NCBI GenBank assembly: GCA_015064895.1
Contig: SVRI01000008.1
Coordinates: 11,126 to 75,125 of the forward strand
Source: Oscillospiraceae bacterium
Lineage (GTDB): Bacteria; Bacillota; Clostridia; Oscillospirales; CAG-382
DNA length: 64,000 nt
Direction: 5' to 3'
A program made the position numbers and the translations under genes. Shown piece by piece: positions 55,677 through 64,000 of the stretch. Below the pieces are notes generated by a model. The model saw only the letters and a list, made by a program, of their open reading frames with translations, was not told the DNA's origin and did no database searches. The stretch's first letter is position 1. The number at the start of each line of letters is the position of its first letter.

Positions 55677-55863
55677 AGACTTTTCTCCTTACTATTAGGG
55701 TTATGCTATTTTAACAGTGTAATTATAGCACAAGGGGTTTTAAAATTCAAGTGGGAATTTTATATTGTTACATTTTACACAAAAGGCGGGTGAAGTTTTG
55801 GTTAATGTGAACAAGCAAGGGCGGTCATATTGCGACCGCCCCTACTAATCTCTTTCTGAATTT

Positions 55864-56838
55864 TCAAAACTTTACATATTCGTACAATTCCGTACCGAGG
55901 GAACATATTGGTTTGTAATTCTCATAATAGCAAACGTGCTTGTGTTCATAATACGGCGAATCCTTTTCATCGGGATATATTTTGTAAAGCTCCCATTCAC
56001 CGTCATTGTAGGTTTCCACCGCCACACATCTGTATTCTGCTTCGTCATAAACGCTCATATCTTCGCCTAAAAATTCCTCGGCATTATCGTAAATCATATA
56101 TGCTGAACTGTGGGGCATAAATCTCACTGCTTCAAACGGAACATACTCACCGTCTTGTGTGTAGGAATAGTATTCAATCGAATGCTGTGCGGCAGAATCT
56201 CTGTTAAGTGTAGAAACAGTGTGTCCGACTTCGCTGATTGCCGCATTAAAATTTGGGAAAGACTGACAAAGCTCAAAGCCGTCTGCCGTATTTAAGTGGC
56301 ATGTGTAACCGACTGCACACTGTGCACCGAAGTTTCCTTGATGAAGAAGAATATCATTTTTGCCGTCAAAATTAACATCCAGCTCAATTACTAAGTATTT
56401 TACAGACGGAAGCATAGTGGCAAACTCATCATAATTCTGACGAAGGACCGTTACTGCCTCGTTGTCCTTTATTACAACAACTTCCCAGTATATAAAATCG
56501 CCGTAATCCTCATATTCAGCGTCTTCAGATGAATTTTCCCGAACTTCGAATACCGCGTACTCGTATTCAATTCCCTTTAAATATGCCGCATCAAATAAAG
56601 AACCGCCTTCATCAACAGTAACCAAAGACGAGTATTTTTCCAGAACAGACAAGGTTTCTTCTGTATTTTCCGTTACAGGCAAATCCTCTGTATTTTCAGT
56701 CTTATTTTCTTCTGCATTTTGGGCATTATCTTTCATAGTTTCATCAGTTTTTTGTTCATTATCTGTATTCGTACAAGAAGAAAGAATGCATACTGTTACA
56801 GCTAATAAACAAATCACTGCAATAAGCAACTTTTTCAT
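55864..56838 (-). CDS. hypothetical lipoprotein
   Basis: 324 aa. Lipobox ILSSC. No recognisable domain. Confidence 0.6.
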   Translation of the reverse strand: MKKLLIAVICLLAVTVCILSSCTNTDNEQKTDETMKDNAQNAEENKTENTEDLPVTENTEETLSVLEKYSSLVTVDEGGSLFDAAYLKGIEYEYAVFEVRENSSEDAEYEDYGDFIYWEVVVIKDNEAVTVLRQNYDEFATMLPSVKYLVIELDVNFDGKNDILLHQGNFGAQCAVGYTCHLNTADGFELCQSFPNFNAAISEVGHTVSTLNRDSAAQHSIEYYSYTQDGEYVPFEAVRFMPHSSAYMIYDNAEEFLGEDMSVYDEAEYRCVAVETYNDGEWELYKIYPDEKDSPYYEHKHVCYYENYKPICSLGTELYEYVKF

Positions 56839-56862
56839 AATAAATCTCCTAAAATCGTATAT

Positions 56863-59415
56863 TTACCCGTGACACGCTTCCCAATTATCCCCAATCTCTG
56901 CCGCAACCTCCATGGGTACACCGAGATTTACCGCGTTTTCCATTTCACGAATGAGGATTTCCTTTGCCTTATCAGCGTCTTCCTTTGACGACTCAATAAT
57001 CAGTTCGTCATGCACCTGCAAAATCAGCTTTGCATCGAGATTTTCTTCTCTGAGTGCCTTATGAACACGGATCATTGCGATTTTGATAATATCCGCCGCC
57101 GTACCCTGAATAGGTGCATTCATGGCAACACGTTCTCCGAACATTCTCTGCATATAGATTCTGCTCTTGAGTTCGGGAATATATCTTCGTCTTGCAAAGA
57201 GTGTCGAAACATAGCCGTCATCGTATGCCTTTGCCTTAACATCGGAAAGATAGGAATCAACCTTGGGGAATTTTTCAAAGTAGCGCTTGATATATTCGCC
57301 TGCTTCCTTTTTTGTCACCTTCATATCGCCCGCAAGGGAAAAATCGGAAATGCCGTAGATTATACCGAAGTTTATTGCCTTTGCCTTTTTACGCATTTCG
57401 CCTGTAACTTCGGAAAGCTCAACACCAAACACCTGGGAAGCCGTTGACGTATGGATATCATCGCCGTTCTTATAGGTGCTCATCATGTTTTCATCCCCAG
57501 ACATCGCCGCCATGACACGAAGCTCAATCTGGCTGTAGTCGGCATCAATAAGCACCTTGCCCTCTTGGGGAATAAACACCTTTCTTATCTCTCTGCCCTC
57601 AGCCGTTCTTATGGGAATGTTTTGAAGATTCGGGTCGGCAGAGGAAAGTCTGCCCGTAAGCGTCAGCGCCTGCTTGAAGTTTGTATGAAGTCTGCCGTCA
57701 TTACCTATTGCCGAAAGAAGTCCGTCAGCGTAGGTACTCTTTAATTTTGCGACGGTTCTGTACTCGAGTATTTCATCTATGATGGGGGTATACATTCTCA
57801 GCTTTTCAAGGCTTTCGGCATCGGTGGAATAGCCGCTTTTTGTCTTCTTTGTAACGGGAAGTTCCATCTTTTCAAAAAGCACCTCACCAAGCTGTTTGGG
57901 TGAATTAATATTAAATTCACAGCCCGCAATTTCATATATTGTCTGCTGCCTTGCCGCTATTGCCTTATCGAGCTTTTCGCCGTAGCTTTGCAGAGCCTCT
58001 TTATTGATAAGAAAACCGATATGCTCCATCTCGGCAAGGACAAGGCTGAGTGGAAATTCCACATTATAAAGCAAATCCTCTTGTCCTGCACTCTTTATTT
58101 TTTCTTCTAGCTCTTCTCTCAGCTTTGCAAGATTCTTAACGGCAAGGATTGAAGCCTGTTCTTTATTGTCAACATTGACTGCACCCGAACCGTAAACCGT
58201 CGCAAGATTTTCGGGATGAACGACGCTTGACGGGTCGGCAACATAAGATGCAAGCATAACATCATAGAACCTGCACTTTATTTCACCGAGACCCATGTCA
58301 TAAGCTCTTAATTGCACGCTCTTGACGTCGCAAAGAGTTACCGTCATTTCTTCATCGTACAATAGTGCCTTCATATTGTCGGCGTTCATGGGTGCCATAT
58401 ATACATTTCCGCCATCGGCAAGGTATATGCCTTCGTCTGTTACAACAACCGACAGATTCTTGCTCTTTATCTCGCTCTTTATCTCGCCCAAGCTCTGTAT
58501 ACCTGTATACTCTAATATCTCGGTTTCAAACATTGAGACATTATCGTCACATTCACGAAGACCGAGACGGGAGATAATAGAGTTAAGCTCAAGGTCTTCA
58601 CACAATCTGCAAAGCTCTGATTTGTTAATTCCGGTATATTCAAAGTCGGACAGGTTCTTATTTATGGGTGCGTTTTTATTGATTTCGGCAAGGAATCTGC
58701 TGGCAAATGCCATTTCCTTATCGGCAGAAAGTTTTGCATACACACCCTTTGCGATATTCTTTTCTTCATCGGGGAGTTTTGCATAGAGATTTTCCACAGT
58801 GCCGTACTTCTGCACAAGACCTATCGCCGTCTTTTCACCTATGCCCTTGACACCGGGAATATTATCCGAAGTATCCCCCATAAGAGCTTTTACTTCAATT
58901 AGCTCTATCGGCTTTACACCGTACTTTTCCATGACAACTCCCTCATCTATGGTGAGAGTTTCTTTTGTTGAAAGATAAAGCACGTTTACATATTCATTTA
59001 CAAGCTGATACGAATCACGGTCACCCGTTAAGATGTATACCTGTATATCTTCGTTTCCGAGAGTTGAAAGTGTACCGAGAATGTCGTCAGCCTCAAAGCC
59101 TTCGCAGGTTATTTCGTGAAAGCCTAAATTTCTTGCCGCCGCCTTTGCCGAGTCAAACTGCTCTGCAAGCTCCTCGGGCATGCCCTTTCTCGTCGCCTTA
59201 TAAAAATCATATTTTTCGTGACGGAAAGTCGGCTTTCTCATATCAAATGCCACAACCGCATAGTCGGGATTTACCGAATCAAGGTGGCTCTTTAGCATAT
59301 TTATAAAGCCGAAAACGGCGTTTGTATTCCTGCCGTCTCTTGTGGTCAGGGGTTTAACGCCGTAAAATGCTCTGTTTATTAAGCTGTTTCCGTCTACTGC
59401 AAGAAGTTTTTTCAT
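56863..59415 (-). CDS. polA: DNA polymerase I
   Basis: 850 aa. N-terminal 5'-3' exonuclease. Family A polymerase motifs (DYSQIELR, QVHDEL). Confidence 0.95.
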   Translation of the reverse strand: MKKLLAVDGNSLINRAFYGVKPLTTRDGRNTNAVFGFINMLKSHLDSVNPDYAVVAFDMRKPTFRHEKYDFYKATRKGMPEELAEQFDSAKAAARNLGFHEITCEGFEADDILGTLSTLGNEDIQVYILTGDRDSYQLVNEYVNVLYLSTKETLTIDEGVVMEKYGVKPIELIEVKALMGDTSDNIPGVKGIGEKTAIGLVQKYGTVENLYAKLPDEEKNIAKGVYAKLSADKEMAFASRFLAEINKNAPINKNLSDFEYTGINKSELCRLCEDLELNSIISRLGLRECDDNVSMFETEILEYTGIQSLGEIKSEIKSKNLSVVVTDEGIYLADGGNVYMAPMNADNMKALLYDEEMTVTLCDVKSVQLRAYDMGLGEIKCRFYDVMLASYVADPSSVVHPENLATVYGSGAVNVDNKEQASILAVKNLAKLREELEEKIKSAGQEDLLYNVEFPLSLVLAEMEHIGFLINKEALQSYGEKLDKAIAARQQTIYEIAGCEFNINSPKQLGEVLFEKMELPVTKKTKSGYSTDAESLEKLRMYTPIIDEILEYRTVAKLKSTYADGLLSAIGNDGRLHTNFKQALTLTGRLSSADPNLQNIPIRTAEGREIRKVFIPQEGKVLIDADYSQIELRVMAAMSGDENMMSTYKNGDDIHTSTASQVFGVELSEVTGEMRKKAKAINFGIIYGISDFSLAGDMKVTKKEAGEYIKRYFEKFPKVDSYLSDVKAKAYDDGYVSTLFARRRYIPELKSRIYMQRMFGERVAMNAPIQGTAADIIKIAMIRVHKALREENLDAKLILQVHDELIIESSKEDADKAKEILIREMENAVNLGVPMEVAAEIGDNWEACHG

Positions 59416-59792
59416 AAATACCTCCCTTACTTTTTCTTTGATAAAAAGAAAAAGTAAGCAAAAAGAAAATAATTAATCAACTTTCTTTTCTTATTCACTT
59501 TCCCAGAATATTTTTCTCGATTGTAATTCCGTTTGTGCCCCATAAACGCAAGGGCACAAACTCAATACAAATCGCACCACATCCATTGAGAGGAGATAAG
59601 CCTCCACGGCATAAGAGGGGAAGTCAGCGGAAGTCGGGAAGTAAAAAATCTGTTTCGCACAAGCTCTTAATTTGACCCCATTAGTGGTCAAATTAAGCAG
59701 ACCGGTACTTTGCTTTATTCCCGACTGAGCCATTCCCTCTTATTGAGTGGGCGTTTTTGGTACTTTTGTCGATACAAAAGTACAGAAAAATC
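59416..59792. repeat. near full-length long-form mosaic repeat (reverse orientation), fills the dxr-polA spacer
   Basis: The terminal hairpin at 59430-59462 supplies the polA RBS flank (gtaagGGAGG on the minus strand). Internal gtttgtgccc/gggcacaaac, ccattgagaggagataagcctccacgg, and the gtacttttgt/acaaaagtac hairpin at 59760-59785. Confidence 0.8.
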
Positions 59793-60941
59793 CTATTCTA
59801 TCAATGATTTGCAATATTCTTTCGCCTCGGTATCAGCCATTATAATTTCCTCTACCGAAGGAATTTCACTCTGTCCGCCCTTGAATTTTTCAACACATTT
59901 ATCCATGATATCAAAAATCTGAGTGTACTTTATTTTATCCTGCATGAACATATCAACACAGGCTTCATTTGCCGCATTATATACGCAGGTAGAATATCCG
60001 CCGTAATTTACGGCACGTCTTGCAAGATTTATCGACGGGAAAACATCGTTATCCACATCAAAAAATGTAAGCTTTCCAACCTCGGTAAGATTTAATTTCT
60101 TTGAAATACCGCCCACTCTTTCGGGGTAAGTCAGAGCATACTGAATACAGAGTCTCATATCCGAAGCACCAAGCTGTGCCATAACCGAGCCGTCAACCGT
60201 TTCAACCATTGAGTGAATAATACTTTCTCTATTGACTATGACATCAATCTTTTCCATAGTAAAATCAAAAAGATGCATGGCTTCAATCATCTCAAGTCCT
60301 TTGTTGACCAAGGTTGAGCTGTAGATTGTAATGCCTGTACCCATACTCCAGTTGGGGTGCTTTAGTGCCTGCTCTTTTGTTACGTTTTCAAGCTGCTTCT
60401 TTGTATATCCGAAGAAAGGACCGCCGGAAGCTGTGATGATAAGTCTTTCAACCTCATGCTTTTCGCAGCTTCTAAGGCACTGGTGAAGTGCACAGTGTTC
60501 ACTGTCAATGGGAAGAACAGGGACATTCTTTTCTCTTGCCTTACTCATAACAAGGCTTCCCGCAGAAACCAGTGTTTCCTTATTGGCAAGGGCAATATTC
60601 TTGCCTCTTTCAATGGCAGATAGTGTCGGAATAAGACCTGCAAAACCGATAATTGCATTGACAACTGTATCGCTTTCGGCAGCCTCGGCAAGCTGCTTTG
60701 CACTGTCTTTTCCGTCGATGATTGTAACATCTTCCCCCATAAGTGCCCTTTTTACTTTGTCTGCCGCCTCTTTATCCGTAACGGCAATATACTTAGGTTT
60801 TACTTCATAATACTGTTTTATTATCAAATCTGCATTTCTGTTTGCCGAAATACCTTCTACCTCAAGACCTAAGTGCTTTGCAACATCGATAGTCTGGGTT
60901 CCGATTGAGCCGGTGGAGCCGAGTATTGTGATTTTATTCAT
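59793..60941 (-). CDS. dxr: 1-deoxy-D-xylulose-5-phosphate reductoisomerase
   Basis: 382 aa. N-terminal ILGSTGSIGTQT, plus LANKE and NAANE motifs. Confidence 0.93.
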   Translation of the reverse strand: MNKITILGSTGSIGTQTIDVAKHLGLEVEGISANRNADLIIKQYYEVKPKYIAVTDKEAADKVKRALMGEDVTIIDGKDSAKQLAEAAESDTVVNAIIGFAGLIPTLSAIERGKNIALANKETLVSAGSLVMSKAREKNVPVLPIDSEHCALHQCLRSCEKHEVERLIITASGGPFFGYTKKQLENVTKEQALKHPNWSMGTGITIYSSTLVNKGLEMIEAMHLFDFTMEKIDVIVNRESIIHSMVETVDGSVMAQLGASDMRLCIQYALTYPERVGGISKKLNLTEVGKLTFFDVDNDVFPSINLARRAVNYGGYSTCVYNAANEACVDMFMQDKIKYTQIFDIMDKCVEKFKGGQSEIPSVEEIIMADTEAKEYCKSLIE

Positions 60942-61107
60942 ATGGATGCTCCTTTTTGTAACATTTATGAAATTTCCCTGTCGCCCGCCTTATTGGCGAC
61001 AGGGAAAGATAACAACCGAGCAATTAAACTCTTAATTATATTTTTTACCCTAATGGTGCTAAATTAAAAGTTCTTTTGCCTTCTTTTCTTACAAGAAAAG
61101 AAGGTTC

Positions 61108-63339
61108 TTACAAGAAAGTAAGTTGTTTGCCGTTTGTCACGGTTGTACCGGTTGAGGGTATCTTTGTCTTTCTGTATCTTGACATTTCACGCATTTTTTC
61201 ACTGCCGTCATCAACAAACAGATTTGCGCTCTTTATCTTCTGTCCTTTTTTTAGTGTAAAGCAGGTAGCACCGCTTGATGTTCTTGTAACCTTTTTTGTA
61301 AGAAGACCGGACGAAACAATCATAGCCTTGCCGCCATCGGAAATAATAAAGAAATCCTTATGATCCGCTCTTGTTTTAGCTTCCGGCACGTAGAAAATAC
61401 CCACCGCCTTGGAATCGGCGCTGTATGCGTTTGTCAGCTTCTTTCTGTTTGTCTTTGTAGCATAGCAGGAAAGAGGAATGAGAACAGCTTTTCCGCTTTC
61501 AAAGAAAATTGCAACATATCCGCTATAATCCTTTGTCACAATCATTGAAATGCAAGTTTCATCCGCATCAAAGCCGAGCTTTGCAGGTACATAGTCGCCG
61601 AGACCTGACGGTTTTATTTCATCGAAGTCATCGAGCTTTGCTTTATATGCCTGGCATTTATCCGAGAATGCAATAAGGTCATAGTCGTTGGCAACAAGCT
61701 CTTCAAACACTATGCTGTCATTTTCCTTAAGTTTCTGTTCCTCTACCTTTGCCTTGTCGCTCTTTGGAGGAAGAATTTTCTTGAAGTAGCCTTCCTTTGT
61801 AATTACAACATTTACGGGATAATCAAGAACTACAGGTTCATCCGGAACATTGGAAGAAAATTCGTATACAATTTCCGTTTTTCTCGGCTTTGCATACTTC
61901 TTCTTAATTTCCTGAAGCTGTTTTGAAATAAGGCTTCTTACTTTTCTTTCGCTCTTTAGGATGCCTTCTGTTTCCTCGATATCCTTCTCTAACTGGTCTG
62001 TTTCTTCAAGACGCTTGAGAATGTACTCTTTATTCAGATATCTTAACTTGATTTCGGCAATATATTCAGCCTGAATTTCATCAATGCCAAAGCCCTTCAT
62101 CAAGTTGGGAATTACGTCTTTATCCTTTTCGGTGTTACGGATAATCTTTATAGCCTTATCAATATCTGCAAGAATTTCTTTAAGACCGAGAAGAAGATGG
62201 AGCTTGTCCTTCATTTTCTGAAGGTTATAGTAAAGCTCTCGTTTTACACATTCACTTCTCCATGCTGTCCATTCTTCAATGATTTCACGAAGTCCGAGTG
62301 TTTTGGGACTTCCTGCAATGAGAACATTGAAGTTACATGAGAATGAATCCTCGAGAGGAGTATTTTTCATAAGGCGTGCCATGAGCTTTTCGTAGTCGGC
62401 ACCGCGCTTTAAATCTATTGTAAGTCTGAGACCTTCAAGACCTGTTTCGTCTCGGATGTCGGAAATTTCCTTGACTTTTCCTTCCTTTGCCATGGCGGAA
62501 ATCTTGTCAATAATGGCTTCCACCTTAGTGGAGTAAGGAATTTCGGTGATTTCTATACAGTTATCCTTTTTATTATAGCTGTACTTTGCCCTTACTTTAA
62601 ATGTGCCGCGTCCTGTATTATAAATTTCACGCATCTGCTCTTTATCGTAAAGCAAATAACCGCCGGTTGTGAAGTCAGGTGCTTTGATTATTTCCATCAA
62701 GTCAACTTCAGGGTCTTTGATATACTCGCAGACAGCGTCGCATACTTCACCTAAATTGAATGAGCAGAAGTCCGATGCCATACCTACGGCAATACCTTTA
62801 TTCGGAGAAACAAGAATATTTGGATATGCTGTCGGAAGCAGTGCCGGCTCTTTCATTGTGCCGTCATAGTTATCAATCATTTCAACGGCATCTTTATCAA
62901 TACCGCCGAAGATTGTTTCACAAAACGGGTCGAGCTTTACTTCCGTATATCTTGATGCCGCATAGGCAAGGTCGGAATATACCTTACCGAAGGAACCCTT
63001 TGAATCAATAAAGGGGTGCAAAAGTGCCTCGTTTCCACGTGTGAGTCTTACCATTGTTTCATAAATTGCAGCATCGCCGTGGGGATTGAGTTTCATTGTC
63101 TGACCTACGACATTTGACGATTTTGTTCTGTTACCCGTCATAAGTCCCATTTTATACATAGAGTACAAAAGTTTTCTATGGGCAGGCTTAAAGCCGTCAA
63201 TCTCGGGAATTGCACGTGAGATAATTACGCTCATGGCGTAGGGCATATAATTTATTTTTAGTGTCTCGGTTATGGGCTGGTCGGTTACAACCGCTTCAAC
63301 AACCGGCTCTTCTGTCTTTTTTGTCTTTTTCTTAGCCAA
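61108..63339 (-). CDS. type IIA DNA topoisomerase subunit A (ParC/GyrA family)
   Basis: Catalytic Tyr context AASRYTEVKL. YAMSVIISRAIPEIDGFKPAHRK motif. C-terminal beta-pinwheel-like repeats. Start set to TTG 63339 behind GGGAGAAAG, because the ORF upstream of it runs into a repeat. Confidence 0.82.
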   Translation of the reverse strand: MAKKKTKKTEEPVVEAVVTDQPITETLKINYMPYAMSVIISRAIPEIDGFKPAHRKLLYSMYKMGLMTGNRTKSSNVVGQTMKLNPHGDAAIYETMVRLTRGNEALLHPFIDSKGSFGKVYSDLAYAASRYTEVKLDPFCETIFGGIDKDAVEMIDNYDGTMKEPALLPTAYPNILVSPNKGIAVGMASDFCSFNLGEVCDAVCEYIKDPEVDLMEIIKAPDFTTGGYLLYDKEQMREIYNTGRGTFKVRAKYSYNKKDNCIEITEIPYSTKVEAIIDKISAMAKEGKVKEISDIRDETGLEGLRLTIDLKRGADYEKLMARLMKNTPLEDSFSCNFNVLIAGSPKTLGLREIIEEWTAWRSECVKRELYYNLQKMKDKLHLLLGLKEILADIDKAIKIIRNTEKDKDVIPNLMKGFGIDEIQAEYIAEIKLRYLNKEYILKRLEETDQLEKDIEETEGILKSERKVRSLISKQLQEIKKKYAKPRKTEIVYEFSSNVPDEPVVLDYPVNVVITKEGYFKKILPPKSDKAKVEEQKLKENDSIVFEELVANDYDLIAFSDKCQAYKAKLDDFDEIKPSGLGDYVPAKLGFDADETCISMIVTKDYSGYVAIFFESGKAVLIPLSCYATKTNRKKLTNAYSADSKAVGIFYVPEAKTRADHKDFFIISDGGKAMIVSSGLLTKKVTRTSSGATCFTLKKGQKIKSANLFVDDGSEKMREMSRYRKTKIPSTGTTVTNGKQLTFL

Positions 63340-63637
63340 AATTCTTTCTCCCGCTTTCTTTCGCAGAAAGCTTGGCAAAGAACTTGCACTTAGCACCTTT
63401 CTGCAAAGGATTTTTACTTATTATTTTTTCTCGAGTGGGATTTCATTTTGCCCCATTAAGGCTCGGGGCAAAATGAGTGCGTACAATTTTGTTCTTAATC
63501 TGAGTTTGGTCGGTTGCGTTTATGCCGACCAAACGGTGATTTATTCGGGCATCGGTAATTTGATTTACATCTCGAAAAAGCAGTTCCGAACTATTTTCTT
63601 TTTGCTTACTTTTTCTTTTTATCAAAGAAAAAGTAAG
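63340..63637. repeat. complete mosaic repeat element (hairpin module at both ends), fills the dnaN-topoisomerase spacer
   Basis: Left end gctttct/agaaagc + ttggcaaagaacttgca. Internal ttctcgag, cattttgcccc/ggggcaaaatg, gagtttggtcgg/ccgaccaaac and ttattcgggcatc. Right end ttttctttttg + cttactttttcttt/aaagaaaaagtaag abuts the dnaN TAA. Confidence 0.82.
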
Positions 63638-64000
63638 TTAACGGCTGCGTACAGGCATTACAAGCTGTAAGTAGCTTGCTTCGTCTTTTTTATCTTCGTC
63701 GCGAGGAACTATAACAAGACCTCTGCCTTTAGATGCAATACGCATAAGAACCTTATCGTTATCGCATGCCTTGAGGGCATCAATAAGATAGTTCTGATTA
63801 AAGTTTACTTCAATGGGGTCGCCTTCCATATAAACGGGAAGAAGGTCATTAATTTTACCCTTATCGGTTTCACAGCTGATTTTCAACTGGTCATTTGCAA
63901 ACTGAAGACGTGCAGATGCCTTTAATTTATCATTGATAAGTGCAACGCGTTCGAGTGATGCAATAAGACTCATTCTGTCAACCACAGCTGTGGAATCGGG
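63638..64000 (-). CDS. dnaN: DNA polymerase III beta sliding clamp, C-terminal part (gene continues beyond the window)
   Basis: Frame is open to the window edge. Domain-III-like sequence ending LVMPVRSR. Confidence 0.85.
   Translation of the reverse strand, partial: PDSTAVVDRMSLIASLERVALINDKLKASARLQFANDQLKISCETDKGKINDLLPVYMEGDPIEVNFNQNYLIDALKACDNDKVLMRIASKGRGLVIVPRDEDKKDEASYLQLVMPVRSR

Overview
The window looks like chromosomal DNA from a low-to-mid-GC Firmicute, probably a Clostridia or Oscillospiraceae-like gut anaerobe. This is inferred from gene content, AGGAGG-type ribosome-binding sites and TTGACA-N17-TATAAT promoters. It probably lies near the replication origin, because the dnaN 3' end is at the right edge and polA is close by. 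Most genes are on the minus strand.

Gene content, left to right:
- serC-serA.
- A mannoside phosphorolysis cluster: two GH130 phosphorylases, a phosphomannomutase, a GH43-like protein, an AraC regulator and an MFS transporter.
- A 980-aa secreted protein with a CE4-type deacetylase domain.
- An orphan hydF.
- A 13-kb glycyl-radical-enzyme (GRE) bacterial microcompartment (BMC) locus at 16.5-29.6 kb.
- An acyl-CoA ligase, and an ECF sigma / anti-sigma pair.
- A WalRK-like two-component system, then guaB, ridA-ilvA and a five-tRNA operon.
- Phosphatase, PHP and SGNH genes, a TetR unit, a Gfo/Idh/MocA oxidoreductase and a YD-repeat lipoprotein.
- A four-tRNA operon, a BspA-type LRR surface protein, polA, dxr, a type IIA topoisomerase A subunit and partial dnaN.

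Three things stand out:
1. The BMC locus has the fucose/rhamnose (GRM5-like) gene set, meaning a diol-dehydratase-class GRE plus a class II aldolase. It encodes no acylating aldehyde dehydrogenase, PduL/Pta or acyl kinase. Instead it has a Zn-dependent alcohol dehydrogenase and a DUF336 protein, both with encapsulation-peptide-like helices.
2. A family of modular, hairpin-built, MITE/BOX-like repeats occupies at least 13 intergenic sites. These include four sites inside the BMC operons and two inside a tRNA operon.
3. A different structured element of about 200 bp occurs twice, each time abutting the 3' end of a tRNA operon. It carries the 11-nt motif GTATATCATCA in direct and inverted copies at roughly 25-nt phase, with covarying hairpin spacers.

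I saw no rRNA, CRISPR array, transposase or integrase.
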